This document shows, in pieces, positions 27,831 through 38,309 of a stretch of 64,000 nucleotides of DNA. The notes below the pieces were generated by a model. That model had not been told where the DNA came from, did no database searches, and saw nothing but the letters and a program-made list of their open reading frames with translations. A program made the translations under genes and the position numbers. The stretch is from Nitrosopumilaceae archaeon (GTDB lineage Archaea; Thermoproteota; Nitrososphaeria; Nitrososphaerales; Nitrosopumilaceae): contig CBDCCK010000002.1 of assembly GCA_965214835.1 (NCBI GenBank), forward strand, positions 1,632,001 to 1,696,000, written 5' to 3'. Each line of letters begins with the position of its first letter. Within the stretch, counting starts at the first letter, position 1.

Positions 27831-28513
27831 TAGGATTCACCCTTTGATTCTAACATTTCTTTCACTTTGTCGGTAAGATTTGCAAGGTGTGCCTGCCCGT
27901 CTACCATCTCAATGGCCTTTTTGGCCTTTAATAACCCATTTGGATCCTCGCCGGCAACTACCACCCATCCATTCTGGCCTATTGTGACCCCGACATCGGT
28001 GGCCTCCTCAATGGCCTGGATCATGGTTCCCCTCTTTCCAATAAGTCTGGGAACCTTGCTTGGGGATATTGCAATCAGCTCGCCAGAGTCAATTCGTCCC
28101 AGATCCCTGTCTGCAATGGTCACAAGCGGATCCCGCGTCCTGTCAAAGTTTGCAATGCGTGCGGCGACCAGATCGCCGGCGGTTAGCTTTGTGGCCAACT
28201 CGTCTGCATGGGCAGAAAAGTCGCGGCCAAACACGTCCTGTGCTGGCAGGAACCCCACATAGGCAGAATTGATGTCAAGCTCCCACGACAGGGAGGTGTG
28301 GGATATGACCTTGCCAATTACCAGATCGTTGATTTTAGGAAAGTACTTTCCCGTCAACGGAATGACCTTGACGCCGTCGTCATAGATCTCCGAAATCCCG
28401 ACTGCGGTGGCCACTATTTTGTCCCCTATCAGGGTAACGTTTTGCTCTGGCCTGTACGGGCCGGCGGTGATTACGTCCCCGGGGATGACGTACTTTCTTT
28501 TTGTGTTCTCCAT
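27830..28513 (-). CDS. rrp4: Exosome RNA-binding subunit Rrp4
   Basis: S1 plus KH domains; KVPRLIGKRG, GQNGWV. Confidence 0.95.
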   Translation of the reverse strand: MENTKRKYVIPGDVITAGPYRPEQNVTLIGDKIVATAVGISEIYDDGVKVIPLTGKYFPKINDLVIGKVISHTSLSWELDINSAYVGFLPAQDVFGRDFSAHADELATKLTAGDLVAARIANFDRTRDPLVTIADRDLGRIDSGELIAISPSKVPRLIGKRGTMIQAIEEATDVGVTIGQNGWVVVAGEDPNGLLKAKKAIEMVDGQAHLANLTDKVKEMLESKGES

Positions 28514-29199
28514 TACTGCTGCACCTCCACCGTGGCGGTGCCCTTTGTAATGGATCCTAGCCTATCGATCACAGTTGGTCTTGCAGCTGCCGGTATTTCT
28601 AGTATTGCTTTGAGGGAGCCATTTGCCTGCCATTCCTCTTTTTTAAGCGACCCCACAGACTTTAGAACAGAATAGGACTGTGCTGCAAACTGTGCCGGAA
28701 CGACAATCTCAAGGGACAGGTTTTCTGACTTTAACGGGATTATGGAACGGAGTTTGTCAACCAAGTCCTTGACCTGCTCGTCGACGGATCTTTGGGGATC
28801 AACGGAGACGCGCGCATCCTTCATCGCCTGCTCAATCCTGAGGGGGGGATGCGGAAGGTGGGATCTGGGATCAACGTAGGTTTTGGCTACAAATTCCACG
28901 ATCTGCTTTCTTTTCTCCTCTGTCATCTTTCGCCGCTGATCAGTAGTAAGATTGAGATCCCCCTTTTGCATGATTTTCTCAGCTACTGCAGTCGGGTCGT
29001 CGGTCTGAAACGCCTTGAGGAGCTTTTCAGTTGACGCCCTCGTCCCCTTTCCAGAGTCACTGTAGATCTCATCGGAAACCAGTACGGCCGAGACGTCTTT
29101 TTTCCTGCCAAGCTTGTATTCCAGGGCAGGGTCGGGCTTTACAAGGATTTCAAACCTTTCTCCCTCAAATGAGTAGCGCACTACGGTTACATCTGCCAT
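28513..29199 (-). CDS. Ribosome maturation factor SBDS/SDO1
   Basis: FEILVKP, HPPLRIEQAM. Confidence 0.95.
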   Translation of the reverse strand: MADVTVVRYSFEGERFEILVKPDPALEYKLGRKKDVSAVLVSDEIYSDSGKGTRASTEKLLKAFQTDDPTAVAEKIMQKGDLNLTTDQRRKMTEEKRKQIVEFVAKTYVDPRSHLPHPPLRIEQAMKDARVSVDPQRSVDEQVKDLVDKLRSIIPLKSENLSLEIVVPAQFAAQSYSVLKSVGSLKKEEWQANGSLKAILEIPAAARPTVIDRLGSITKGTATVEVQQ

Positions 29200-29286
29200 G
29201 ATGACAGTTGTATAGCAGCTTGGTATTTATCTATGCGCAAAATCACGTTAGACTTTTATGGGGACTTTGGAGATTTTCGGTGAGAT

Positions 29287-29925
29287 TTGTCCTCCCTAGA
29301 GATTATTGACAAGGATGAGCAAAAACTGTCCGTCAAGCTAAAAGACATTCCGCTGCAATATGCAAATGCAATCAGGCGTATTTGCCTAAACGGGGTTCCT
29401 GTATTTGCAATCGATACGGTGGATATCATCGAGAACTCCTCGGTTTTGGCCGATGAGGGACTGGCCCACAGGCTGGCCCTTGTTCCGCTAAGGACGGATC
29501 TGTCAGGATATGTCGAGCCCTCAAAGTGCGACTGCAAGAGTGAGACTGGGTGCTCTAATTGCAGGGTGATGCTAGTCTTAGACTCCGGGGACACGGATGC
29601 AACGAGGACTGTTCTGTCCGGCGAGCTGACATCAGAGGACGAGGCCGTCAGGCCGACCTCTGGAAAAATTCCGGTTGTAGATCTGGCCCCAGGCCAAAGG
29701 GTCAAGGTCGAGGCATATGCAAGACTTGGGAGGGGATCAGAACATGCAAAATGGAATTCTGCAAATGTCGCAACGTTGACGGAGACGGGCAAGGAAAACG
29801 AGCGAGTCCTCACGGTTGAGACTACCGGCGCATTAAGACCAGAGCAGATTGTCTTGTCGGCACTGACAGAGCTCTCGCACAGACTCAAAGACTTCAGGGC
29901 GACCATGGAACAAGTCAGCACATAA
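29287..29925 (+). CDS. rpoD: RNA polymerase subunit D (Rpo3)
   Basis: ANAIRR, NSSVLADEGLAHRLALVP, GSEHAKW. Confidence 0.96.
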   Translation: MSSLEIIDKDEQKLSVKLKDIPLQYANAIRRICLNGVPVFAIDTVDIIENSSVLADEGLAHRLALVPLRTDLSGYVEPSKCDCKSETGCSNCRVMLVLDSGDTDATRTVLSGELTSEDEAVRPTSGKIPVVDLAPGQRVKVEAYARLGRGSEHAKWNSANVATLTETGKENERVLTVETTGALRPEQIVLSALTELSHRLKDFRATMEQVST

Positions 29926-29958
29926 CCTGCAACGAACATTCTGTTGCATAGCTCCAAC

Positions 29959-30115
29959 TAGAGTCTAGTCGATCCGCCCGGATCATGACCGGCGTGCGTT
30001 CCTACACGGCAGCTACCTTTGCAACCCACTGGTTGTACGTACACATCTTCAGATTTACCTCCTGCGCCATATTGAGCCACTTGCGATTCAGGTTTCTCAG
30101 GCGATAAAACTCCGC
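29959..30115 (-). pseudogene. Transposase C-terminal remnant with IS end (IS5-like)
   Basis: Minus frame ..QEVNLKMCTYN..stop; end motif AGTCGATCCGCCCGGA recurs at 21971 (reverse) and 1347. Confidence 0.45.
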
Positions 30116-31735
30116 GTAATAGGATAGCCCCTGCCTAGTTAATTTTTCGTGACCGTCTGATCTATAAACTATCAATACCAAGAAAATACATGCCTACAGC
30201 CTCGGAATTCAAGGCATTAAGCAAAGAGATGGCCTGCGCCAGGGCGGAGCTTCAGAAGACGCAGGAGGAGCTTGACACAGAAAGGATGGCATCTGCCATA
30301 AGGCAGGCCGATGATGCCGCACTAGTCGAGATGCAGGTGTCACAAATCAAGCAGCTCAAACACCGCATCGAATTTTATGAGCCCGCACAGCCTGTCATCA
30401 CAGAACTCGATACCGACCAAGCAGAAAAAGGCGACTGCGGCAAGGGAATCAGGCAAGGCACCGGCAAGGCCGGGCCAAAAACCCGGACACAGGGGCGTAT
30501 CACACAAGAGGCGCCCTACCCAGTACAAGACGCACGTGCCTGACAGGTGCGGCGCGTGCGGCTGATGCGACCTGACAGATCCGGTTCCCGCCGGAACCAG
30601 GATGGCTACTGACATTCCAGAGATCCCAGAGCCGGTCACGACACAGCACTACTCTACTCGCCGCAGGTGCCGCGGGTGCGGCGCCGTCACCGAGACAAAC
30701 GGGGGCGGACTGGTCGTTCCGGGCACCGAGTTTGAACCCAACATGGCCTCCTATATCTGCACCCTGCACGCCATGCCTGCCTCCATCGGTTCCATCAGGC
30801 GCATCGTAAGGGAGGTCTTTGGGATTGACGCCAGCAAGGGAATGATACAGAGCTGCCTCAAGGCTGCCGCAAAGGCGCTCGATCCGTGCGTGGAGGACAT
30901 CAAGACGGAGATTGCAGGATGCGACCACGTCCACATGGGCGAGACGGGGATGCCGTGCAACGGCAGAAGCGGCTACCTGTGGGGGGGTTGTTTCCTAATT
31001 CGCCAGAATTCCTGAAAACCGTTGAGATGCCACATGGATCAGGCGTACAAAAGGACAGAAATTCAGAAAACATGCAGATTGAGTCCGGCAGGTGGAATTA
31101 GGAAGCAACCCCATCTGTGGGTGGCAGTGAGCGTCAAGGACGGCGCGCCCGTCGGCGCGCACATGGTGGCGACCGACAGCAGGAGGGCATCCGTACTCGA
31201 CGAGTACCTTTCATACGTGCCCAGGATCGGGGTGACCGACGGGTACCCCGGGTACGAAAAGTTCTTCGGCAAGAACAGGTAGAGGTGCTGGGCCCACATG
31301 ACCTGGGAGGCAGACGCCCAGAGCGAAAAATCCGACTCTGGAGATCCGGGCCGCCGGCGAGCGACTCAAGGGAAGGCTGCACCACGCCAAGGGACTGGGC
31401 CGCCGGAGGGCGTCCGGTAGCACGACGGGCCGGTGGCAGAGACGCGCTAGATTGCCGCCATATGCGAGAGGAACGGGTGCAAGAGCTATGCCAAAGCTTG
31501 GGAACGCCTCGGGATTTCTCTACACGTTCAAGCTGCATCAGGGCATGGATCCCACCAACAACCTGGCTGAGCGCATGCTGAGACCCGGCGTGATCGCATG
31601 CAAGATACGGTTCGGGCTGCGGACTGCAGGCGGACTGAAGATGTTCGGCACCATATCTACGTGCTCTATAACTTGGCGCCTCCAGGGGCACAACGTGACG
31701 GACATGATCAGGGACGCGCTGATCAGAAACCCCGG
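30116..31735 (+). mobile_element. IS66-family element, inactivated copy 1
   Basis: Left TIR GTAATAGGATAGCCCC; GQKPGHRG, CxxC fingers, TDGYPGY, PTNNLAERMLRP; frameshifts and stops. Confidence 0.88.
30983..31112. mobile_element. MITE C inside the IS66 transposase, TSD ACCTGTGG/ATCTGTGG
   Basis: GGGGGTTGTTTCCTAATTC...GAATTAGGAAGCAACCCC splits codons YLW|VAV. Confidence 0.9.
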
Positions 31736-31827
31736 GTACGTGGTCATCTGCCCCTATCAACCATGTACGGATCTGCCTGCATCTGTGATCTTCATGCCTA
31801 GATGGAAGGAGGACGTGACTTCAATTC
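31736..31827 (-). mobile_element. Decayed MITE B
   Basis: GTACGTGGTCATCTGCCCC...GGACGTGAC. Confidence 0.65.
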
Positions 31828-31849
31828 TGGCTAGGGACTATCCTATTAT

Positions 31850-32046
31850 GGGACGTGGTCCTGCGGTACCTGCCGCCGTACACGCCGGATCTGAACAACA
31901 CGGAGGGGCAGTGGCGCGGGCTAAAGAAGGCGACTTCAAACTGCCTTTACAGGACCGTCGGCGGGATGCAGAGATCCCTGCACAATATGACGCGCAGAAG
32001 CGAGTTAAAGGTGGTAAAGATGAGCAAATGGCTGACGTAGATACTA
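31850..32046 (+). pseudogene. IS630 3' remnant with right end
   Basis: YLPPYTPDLNNTEGQW; ends GACGTAGATACTA followed by CG. Confidence 0.8.
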
Positions 32047-32224
32047 CGCATGGTCTTCTACACGACAGTGTCGTCCTCAGCCTTCCAAGTGTACGCGATT
32101 CACGATGCTGACATACGGATCTGCAGGCAGCATAATTTGAATCATTTTGAATATGGATCTGTCTTGTGGGGCACTTTTGGGAAGGCTTGATCTAGTTTTT
32201 ATAACATTTTTTGAACATCTACAT

Positions 32225-33199
32225 ATGAACACTAGGCTTGGGGATGACGAGCATCCAACGGAAATTGGTTTAATGATTGATGCTGAGGAAGAAAGAGATG
32301 AGGAACTACAAAAATTTGCCAATGATCAAAATGTGGTGTTACTGTCATTTATTGGATCCTATGTAGCACGAAGATATAACCCAGCAACCTCTGCAATGGC
32401 TACTATGAATATAGTGGATGAGTTTGGAATAGAAACCATCCTGACAGATCTTAAGAAGAAGATTCCATCATTAAAAGAAAACAAGGCATATCTGTTAGTA
32501 AATTCAACAGGTGGTAACGTCAGTTCTGCATATAAAACAGCAAGAGCACTACGTGAAGCATTCAAGGACATTACGGTGTTTGTTCCCCATTATGCTTTGA
32601 GTGGGGGAACGATGTTGGCACTGATCGGAAATAGGATTAGAATGGGAATGATGAGTCAGCTTAGTCCGTTAGATGTCCAGCTGTATTATCGCAGTCAGCA
32701 GGTGTCCGTTAATTCGTTGTTTAGAGCCAAACAGGCTTTAGATGAAGAATTTCAAACAAAAAAACCCGAGGAGATTCCCTATCCTGACAAGCACATGGTA
32801 GAAAGTTTGGATCCCATAATATTACAGGAGTGGGGTGGAATTCAAAAAGAGGGAATGGTTTACTTGGAAGAGATCTTGAAAAGTAGCGGATATAGTAAAA
32901 AACAAACCAACGCGTTAGTTGACAAATTAGTTTTTCAATTTCCAACACACGGATATGTAATTCATCGTGATCATGCAAAGACACTAGGGATCAAAGTAGA
33001 GTTTGACGACGAAGATGATGACGCGTGGAAGAAAATGCGATACTGGTTATCAAAATATGTGGTTAGGCAGACTGATCGCCATTTTATTCGATACGTAATT
33101 CCAAAGAAAGCAAAAGAGGCCGAAAAAAATTCCAAAACAGCAAAGGGAATAAAAACAACAAGAGTTGCAAAAACTCGTAGAGCTAAGAATCAAAAATAA
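32225..33199 (+). CDS. SDH_sah / ClpP-SppA-like serine peptidase (start uncertain, 32147-32273)
   Basis: VNSTGG, VPHYALSGGTMLAL, LSPLD, THG (Ser-Asp-His); AT-rich. Confidence 0.85.
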   Translation: MNTRLGDDEHPTEIGLMIDAEEERDEELQKFANDQNVVLLSFIGSYVARRYNPATSAMATMNIVDEFGIETILTDLKKKIPSLKENKAYLLVNSTGGNVSSAYKTARALREAFKDITVFVPHYALSGGTMLALIGNRIRMGMMSQLSPLDVQLYYRSQQVSVNSLFRAKQALDEEFQTKKPEEIPYPDKHMVESLDPIILQEWGGIQKEGMVYLEEILKSSGYSKKQTNALVDKLVFQFPTHGYVIHRDHAKTLGIKVEFDDEDDDAWKKMRYWLSKYVVRQTDRHFIRYVIPKKAKEAEKNSKTAKGIKTTRVAKTRRAKNQK

Positions 33200-33205
33200 A
33201 TAAAG

Positions 33206-33313
33206 TTATTTTTTTATCCATTTATCAAACACAATTCTTGCGTCATCATTTAGAATATTCTCCAACTGTGTTTTGAGTTTACGGTTTCCAGAATCCTGCG
33301 AGTGTGTCTTCAT
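33206..33313 (-). CDS. 35-aa small ORF convergent with the peptidase
   Basis: MKTHSQDSGNRKLKTQLENILNDDARIVFDKWIKK; TTAAATA ~25 nt upstream. Confidence 0.4.
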   Translation of the reverse strand: MKTHSQDSGNRKLKTQLENILNDDARIVFDKWIKK

Positions 33314-33444
33314 TGATTACCTTATGTAAAATAATTATTTAAGAATGTTTGGCACAGGCCGAACCGATTACGCATAAAGTCTATTGTAAAACCGGTTTTT
33401 CTTCCTTGTATGTAGATGGCATATCTGCCCATGATTTTGCCACT

Positions 33445-33520
33445 AGACTTTATGCGTAATCGACCTGAATGAGATGAATTTGTTCGTAATAATCCCCCAG
33501 ATCTGAACCGATTAAAGTCT
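33445..33520 (-). mobile_element. MITE A (plus an isolated A end at 33361-33382)
   Basis: Reverse complement of the family A core. Confidence 0.85.
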
Positions 33521-33885
33521 AAAGAATATTAAAAATTCAGAAAATAACATAGTTTCTGTATGCAACTGTTTATGATTTAAACAAAAAACATGGAATAGTT
33601 TTGCGCCACGTTTATCCAAATACGCATTGTGTTTAATGAGTGTTGAATCTAAAGTGTTTTATAGATTTTTTAATTGATTGAATTAATGGGAAACGAAATT
33701 GAAACAAGAATATGTGCAAACTATAGAAGTAAAGCAAAAAAACTTGGTCTTGAATTCCTTCAAACGTTTGGATTTTACCTACAGGTTTTGAACAATTACA
33801 AACAAGTGAAGATGTTCTCTATGCTTCTGATTGTGATTTAGTAACAAAATTACTCCGAAAAAAGGAATATCATACTCATTGATGG

Positions 33886-34561
33886 ATGAGAATAAAGACT
33901 CATCCAAAATTAAGTCAGCACGGTTTTGAATTAGTAACTCTTCCATTAATTGCATTTCTAATTGAAAGTATGCAGAACAATTCAGAAATCATCACATCAA
34001 CGTTAAATCCATTAAGCGGGTTTCTTAAGCAAAAAATAAAAAGAGAACCAAATAAAGAAAAGTATATAGTAAAACCAAAGATTGTAAAAGAGATAAAAAA
34101 TTCTAGTTTCAAAGAATATTCGTTTGAAGGATCTCCTGACAAATATGATGATTTCATTACTTTTGTAAAAGAGGATTGCAAGGATGATTGAAGAAAAAAT
34201 GGTCTTAATTACATTAAAAGATAAGAGACGTTGTTTGTATGTCACTAGGGACATAACAATTCTTGAAGAATGTGAAAATGTGTTAAAAGTACTACAAAAA
34301 GAAATTCTAGAGACGAAACAGCATTTTATTGATGGGCAAAATGAAGAGGAAGCTAACAAATTTTTATCTTTAGAGAACCGGTGTTCGACAATAACATGTG
34401 GAATCCATATCTTTAAACAATTAAAACAAAACAAGCCTTCTGAGGCTTGGGCTAGCCTTGTTGCAGCACAAAACCATGCTCATCGGAGTAATGCCGCATA
34501 TGAATTATCAGGCACATTACAGTGTGAGATCATTATTCATTTTGACAATATAGAAACAGTT
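33886..34561 (+). pseudogene. Two AT-rich hypothetical ORF fragments, the second truncated by IS66
   Basis: ORFs 33886-34191 and 34184-34573; very low GC; degraded frames upstream. Confidence 0.45.
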
Positions 34562-36148
34562 GTAATAGGATAACCCATGCCTAGTTAATTTTTCGTGACC
34601 GTCTGATCTATAAACTATCAATACCAAGACAATACATGCCTACAGCCTCGGAATTCAAGACATTAAGCAAGGAGATGGCCTGCGCCAGGGCGAAGCTTCA
34701 GAAGACGCAGGAGGAGCTTGACACAGAAAGGATGGCATCTGCCATAAGGCAGGCCGATGATGCCGCACTAATCTAGATGCAGGTGTCACAAATCAAGCAG
34801 CTCGAACAGCACATCAAATACTATAACCCGCACAGCCTGTCATCACAGAACTCGATACCGACCAAGCAGAAAAAGGCGACTGCGGCAAGGGAATTGGGCA
34901 GGGCACCGGCAAGGCCGGGCCAAAAACCCGGACACAGGGGCGTATCACACAAGAGGCGCCCTACCCAGTACAAGACGCACGTGCCTGACAGGTGCGGCGC
35001 GTGCAACGGGCGCGACCTGACAGATCCGGTTCCCGCCGGAACCAGGATGGCTACTGACATTCCAGAGATCCCAGAGCCGGTCACGACACAGCACTACTTT
35101 ACCCGCCGCAGGTGCCGCGGGTGCGGCGCCGTCACCGAGACAAACGGGGGCGGACTGGTCGTTCCGGACACCGAGTTTGAACCCAACATGGCCTCCTATA
35201 TCTGCACCCTGCACGCCATGCCTGCCTCCATCGGTTCCATCAGTCGCATCGTAAGGGAGGTCTTTGGGATTGACGCCAGCAAGGGAATGATACAGAGCTG
35301 CCTCAAGGCCGCCGCAAAGGCGCTCGATCCGTGCGTGGAGGACATCAAGACGGAGATTGCAGGATGCGACCACGTCCACATGGGCGAGACGGGGATGCCG
35401 TGCAACGGCAGAAGCGGCTACCTGTGGGGGGGGTTGTTTCCTAATTCGCCAGAATTCCTGAAAACCGTTGAGATGCCACATGGATCAGGCGTACAAAAGG
35501 ACAGAAATTCAGAAAACATGCAGATTGAGTCCGGCAGGTGGAATTAGGAAGCAACCCCATCTGTGGGTGGCAGTGGGCGTCAAGGACGGCGCGCCCGTCG
35601 GCGCGCACATGGTGGCGACCGACAGCAGGAGGGCATCCGTACTCGACGAGTACCTTTCATACGTGCCCAGGATCGGGGTGACCGACGGGTACCCCGGGTA
35701 CGAAAAGTTCTTCGGCAAGAACAGGTAGAGGTGCTGGGCCCACATGACCTGGGAGGCAGACGCCCAGAGCGAAAAATCCGACTCTGGAGATCCGGGCCGC
35801 CGGAGGGCGCCGCCCAGTGCGACATGCTCGTGGCCGAGACGCGCGCGCTGGGCGCCGCATTCAGGGAGGCCGGGTGCGAAGGCTTTGCCACAAAGCTTGA
35901 GAGCACATCGGGATTCCTCTACACGTTCGTGCTATGCTAGGACATGGATCCCATCAATAACCCGGTCGCGCGCATGCTGAGGCCCTCTAATTGTGCGCAA
36001 CATACGCCAAGGGCTCCGTACCGAGGAGGACATCGAGATGTTTACCGTACTGATGACGTGCACTGAGCTGGCGCGTCTAGGGGACGGCATAAGGGAGATG
36101 GTCGTCAAGACCCTGACTGGCCACGTCGCCTAGGGGGCAAACCCTTAC
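34562..36148 (+). mobile_element. IS66-family element, inactivated copy 2 with both TIRs
   Basis: GTAATAGGATAACCC...GGGGGCAAACCCTTAC; near-identical to copy 1 over the first ~1.2 kb. Confidence 0.88.
35428..35558. mobile_element. MITE C at the same site as in IS66 copy 1
   Basis: Identical insertion point and flanks. Confidence 0.9.
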
Positions 36149-36203
36149 GTTCAACAGACTACAAGCATACATATTATATTTGGGTTCTAAAACGCATATT
36201 CAA

Positions 36204-36551
36204 ATGACAAGTCAGATAACTATTCGGCTGGCAAAGGATCTCAAAAGGGCCTCAAGGGTAAATGAGGCGCCAATCTGGGGAAAACTGGCAGAATACGCTC
36301 TAAAACCCTCGATTGCCAGAAGAATCATCAACATCAACAGGATTGGAGAGCTGACAAGTGACGGGGACGTTGTCGTATTCCCGGGCAAAGTGCTGGGCAC
36401 CGGAAGCATTTCACACAAAATCACACTGTTTGCATTTTCAATTTCACGCACCGCGGCAGGCAAGATTAACGGCGCCGGCGGAAAGATAGTATCACAAAAA
36501 CACATCATAGAGCAAAACCCGACAGGTAGGGGAGTGGTTTTGCTTGGATGA
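36204..36551 (+). CDS. rpl18e: 50S ribosomal protein eL18
   Basis: APIW, INRI, VVFPGKVLGTG. Confidence 0.95.
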   Translation: MTSQITIRLAKDLKRASRVNEAPIWGKLAEYALKPSIARRIININRIGELTSDGDVVVFPGKVLGTGSISHKITLFAFSISRTAAGKINGAGGKIVSQKHIIEQNPTGRGVVLLG

Positions 36552-37137
36552 AGACACCAAAATCTCGGAAGCCGTAGCTGACAGTCAAGAGGATCTACAA
36601 GGGCAGCCAGGTGATTCAATAACCGAAGACGCCAGGGAGACCGTAGCTGACAGTCAAGAGGATCTACAAGGGCAGCCAGATGATTCGGGTGATGAGAATG
36701 CCAAGGCGGCGCAGGTTGTAGTTGATGGGACGGATCTTATTGCCGGAAGGCTTGCGTCAAACGTTGCAAAAATGCTCCTGCAGGGAACAAGGGTCTCAAT
36801 CGTAAACTGCGAGAACATAATGATTAGCGGTTCTAGAGGCAACATCGTCAAGGAATACAGGGACTTTCTAGAGATTGCAAGCATCCTGAATCCCAAGCAC
36901 GGACCATACCATCCAAGAAGGCCAGATACAATGATTGCCAGGATGGTCAGGGGAATGCTGCCCAGAAAAAAGCCGTCTGGAAAAACCGCACTGAGCAGGC
37001 TGAGGACCTACATAGGGACGCCAAGGGAGGCAAGGTCACTGGAAAGGGTGGAGCTGCAAAAGGCAAAAATAACAAGGACGTCGGCAAACTATACGACCAT
37101 GGCCGACCTGGGCAGAACGATAGGGTGGACCGAATGA
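36544..37137 (+). CDS. rplM: 50S ribosomal protein uL13 with acidic repeated N-terminal extension
   Basis: VVDG..IAGRLAS, GPYHPRRP, RGMLP. Confidence 0.93.
   Translation: MDEDTKISEAVADSQEDLQGQPGDSITEDARETVADSQEDLQGQPDDSGDENAKAAQVVVDGTDLIAGRLASNVAKMLLQGTRVSIVNCENIMISGSRGNIVKEYRDFLEIASILNPKHGPYHPRRPDTMIARMVRGMLPRKKPSGKTALSRLRTYIGTPREARSLERVELQKAKITRTSANYTTMADLGRTIGWTE
36572..36686 (+). repeat. 46-bp repeat x2, period 69, in the uL13 N-terminus
   Basis: CCGTAGCTGACAGTCAAGAGGATCTACAAGGGCAGCCAG(G/A)TGATTC. Confidence 0.9.
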
Positions 37138-37580
37138 CGGTAAAGACAGAGATTTACTTTGCGACAAGAAAGACGTCTAGCGCGCACGTATACATCACAA
37201 AGGGCAAGGGAAAGATCAGAATCAACAACATTCCAGTGGAGATGATCCCGCAAGAGCACGCAAGGGAGACAATTCTGGCCCCGCTTGAGGTTGCAGGGGA
37301 CATGAGGGGGAGGATAGACATCTCCGTAAGAGTGAGGGGAGGCGGATTCATGGGCCAGGCAGGTGCTGCGGCAACTGCGATCTCCAGGGCCCTTACCGGA
37401 TGGACGAAATCCAAAAAGGATCCCAGGGATCACCCGCTTTCCAAATCAGCCAGGGAGGATCTGAGAAAAAGAATTTCAGAGTTTGACAAGTATCTGATAA
37501 GCGGCGATGCCAGGCGGAAGGAGCCAAAGAAGTTTGGCGGGCCCGGCGCAAGAAGAAGAAAGCAGAAATCATACCGTTAG
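37134..37580 (+). CDS. rpsI: 30S ribosomal protein uS9
   Basis: GGGFMGQA, EPKKFGGPGARRRKQKSYR. Confidence 0.96.
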   Translation: MTVKTEIYFATRKTSSAHVYITKGKGKIRINNIPVEMIPQEHARETILAPLEVAGDMRGRIDISVRVRGGGFMGQAGAAATAISRALTGWTKSKKDPRDHPLSKSAREDLRKRISEFDKYLISGDARRKEPKKFGGPGARRRKQKSYR

Positions 37581-37583
37581 ACC

Positions 37584-38309
37584 GTGAAGGCCATAATCTT
37601 AGCAGGCGGCAAAGGAACCAGGGGCAGGCCCTACACCGATTACTTTCCAAAGGCCATGATACCAGTAGACGGAATGCCGCTGATTCAGTACGTCGTAGAT
37701 CACCTCAGCGCGTTTCCAGTCATAGGGGAGATCATCATAGTTGCCGATTTCAAGGGACTGGGCGCACAGATACGAAACCACTTCCAGGGACAGAGGATCG
37801 CCAAAAGGTTGAAATTCGTGCAGGACTCCCAGAGCGGGACCGGGGGGGATCTGATCCATGCAGCCGGGGCGCTTGGAGGCGCCAGGGAGTTTATCCTGTG
37901 GTTTGTCGACAACTTTTGCGCCCTGGATGTGGACTCTATGAAGAGGCAGTTTGAGGCGCAAAAGAGCATGGTGTGCATTGCCACTAGGACCAAACGGAGT
38001 GAGGAGACGGGTTTTGCCAAGGTAGTCGATGGAAAGGTCGTGGAGTTCAAAGAAAAGCCCGTCATGGATCTGCCGCTGTCAGAGTGCCTGGGAATCTACA
38101 TGCTGGATGCAGGGATCCTGAGTCTTGTAAGAAAGGCCAAAAAGGCAAACGTGGATTTCTCGTTTGACGTGCTGGAGGGCCTTTCAAAAGAGTCGCAGGT
38201 CAGCACCTACGACATCGGGGATATCGGGTGGCTGGACGTCGAGTCGCCGGTCATCATAGACAGGAACAAAAGACAGGTAAGGAGGATCATAAGACAGATG
38301 GGATTCTAG
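37584..38309 (+). CDS. Sugar-phosphate nucleotidyltransferase
   Basis: IILAGGKGTR..PKAMIPV, FKEKP. Confidence 0.9.
   Translation: MKAIILAGGKGTRGRPYTDYFPKAMIPVDGMPLIQYVVDHLSAFPVIGEIIIVADFKGLGAQIRNHFQGQRIAKRLKFVQDSQSGTGGDLIHAAGALGGAREFILWFVDNFCALDVDSMKRQFEAQKSMVCIATRTKRSEETGFAKVVDGKVVEFKEKPVMDLPLSECLGIYMLDAGILSLVRKAKKANVDFSFDVLEGLSKESQVSTYDIGDIGWLDVESPVIIDRNKRQVRRIIRQMGF

Noticed and set aside
30108-36156. IS66 composite transposon with TSD
   Set aside because: Outer flanks AACTCCGC and GTTCAACA do not match, so transposition as a unit is unproven.
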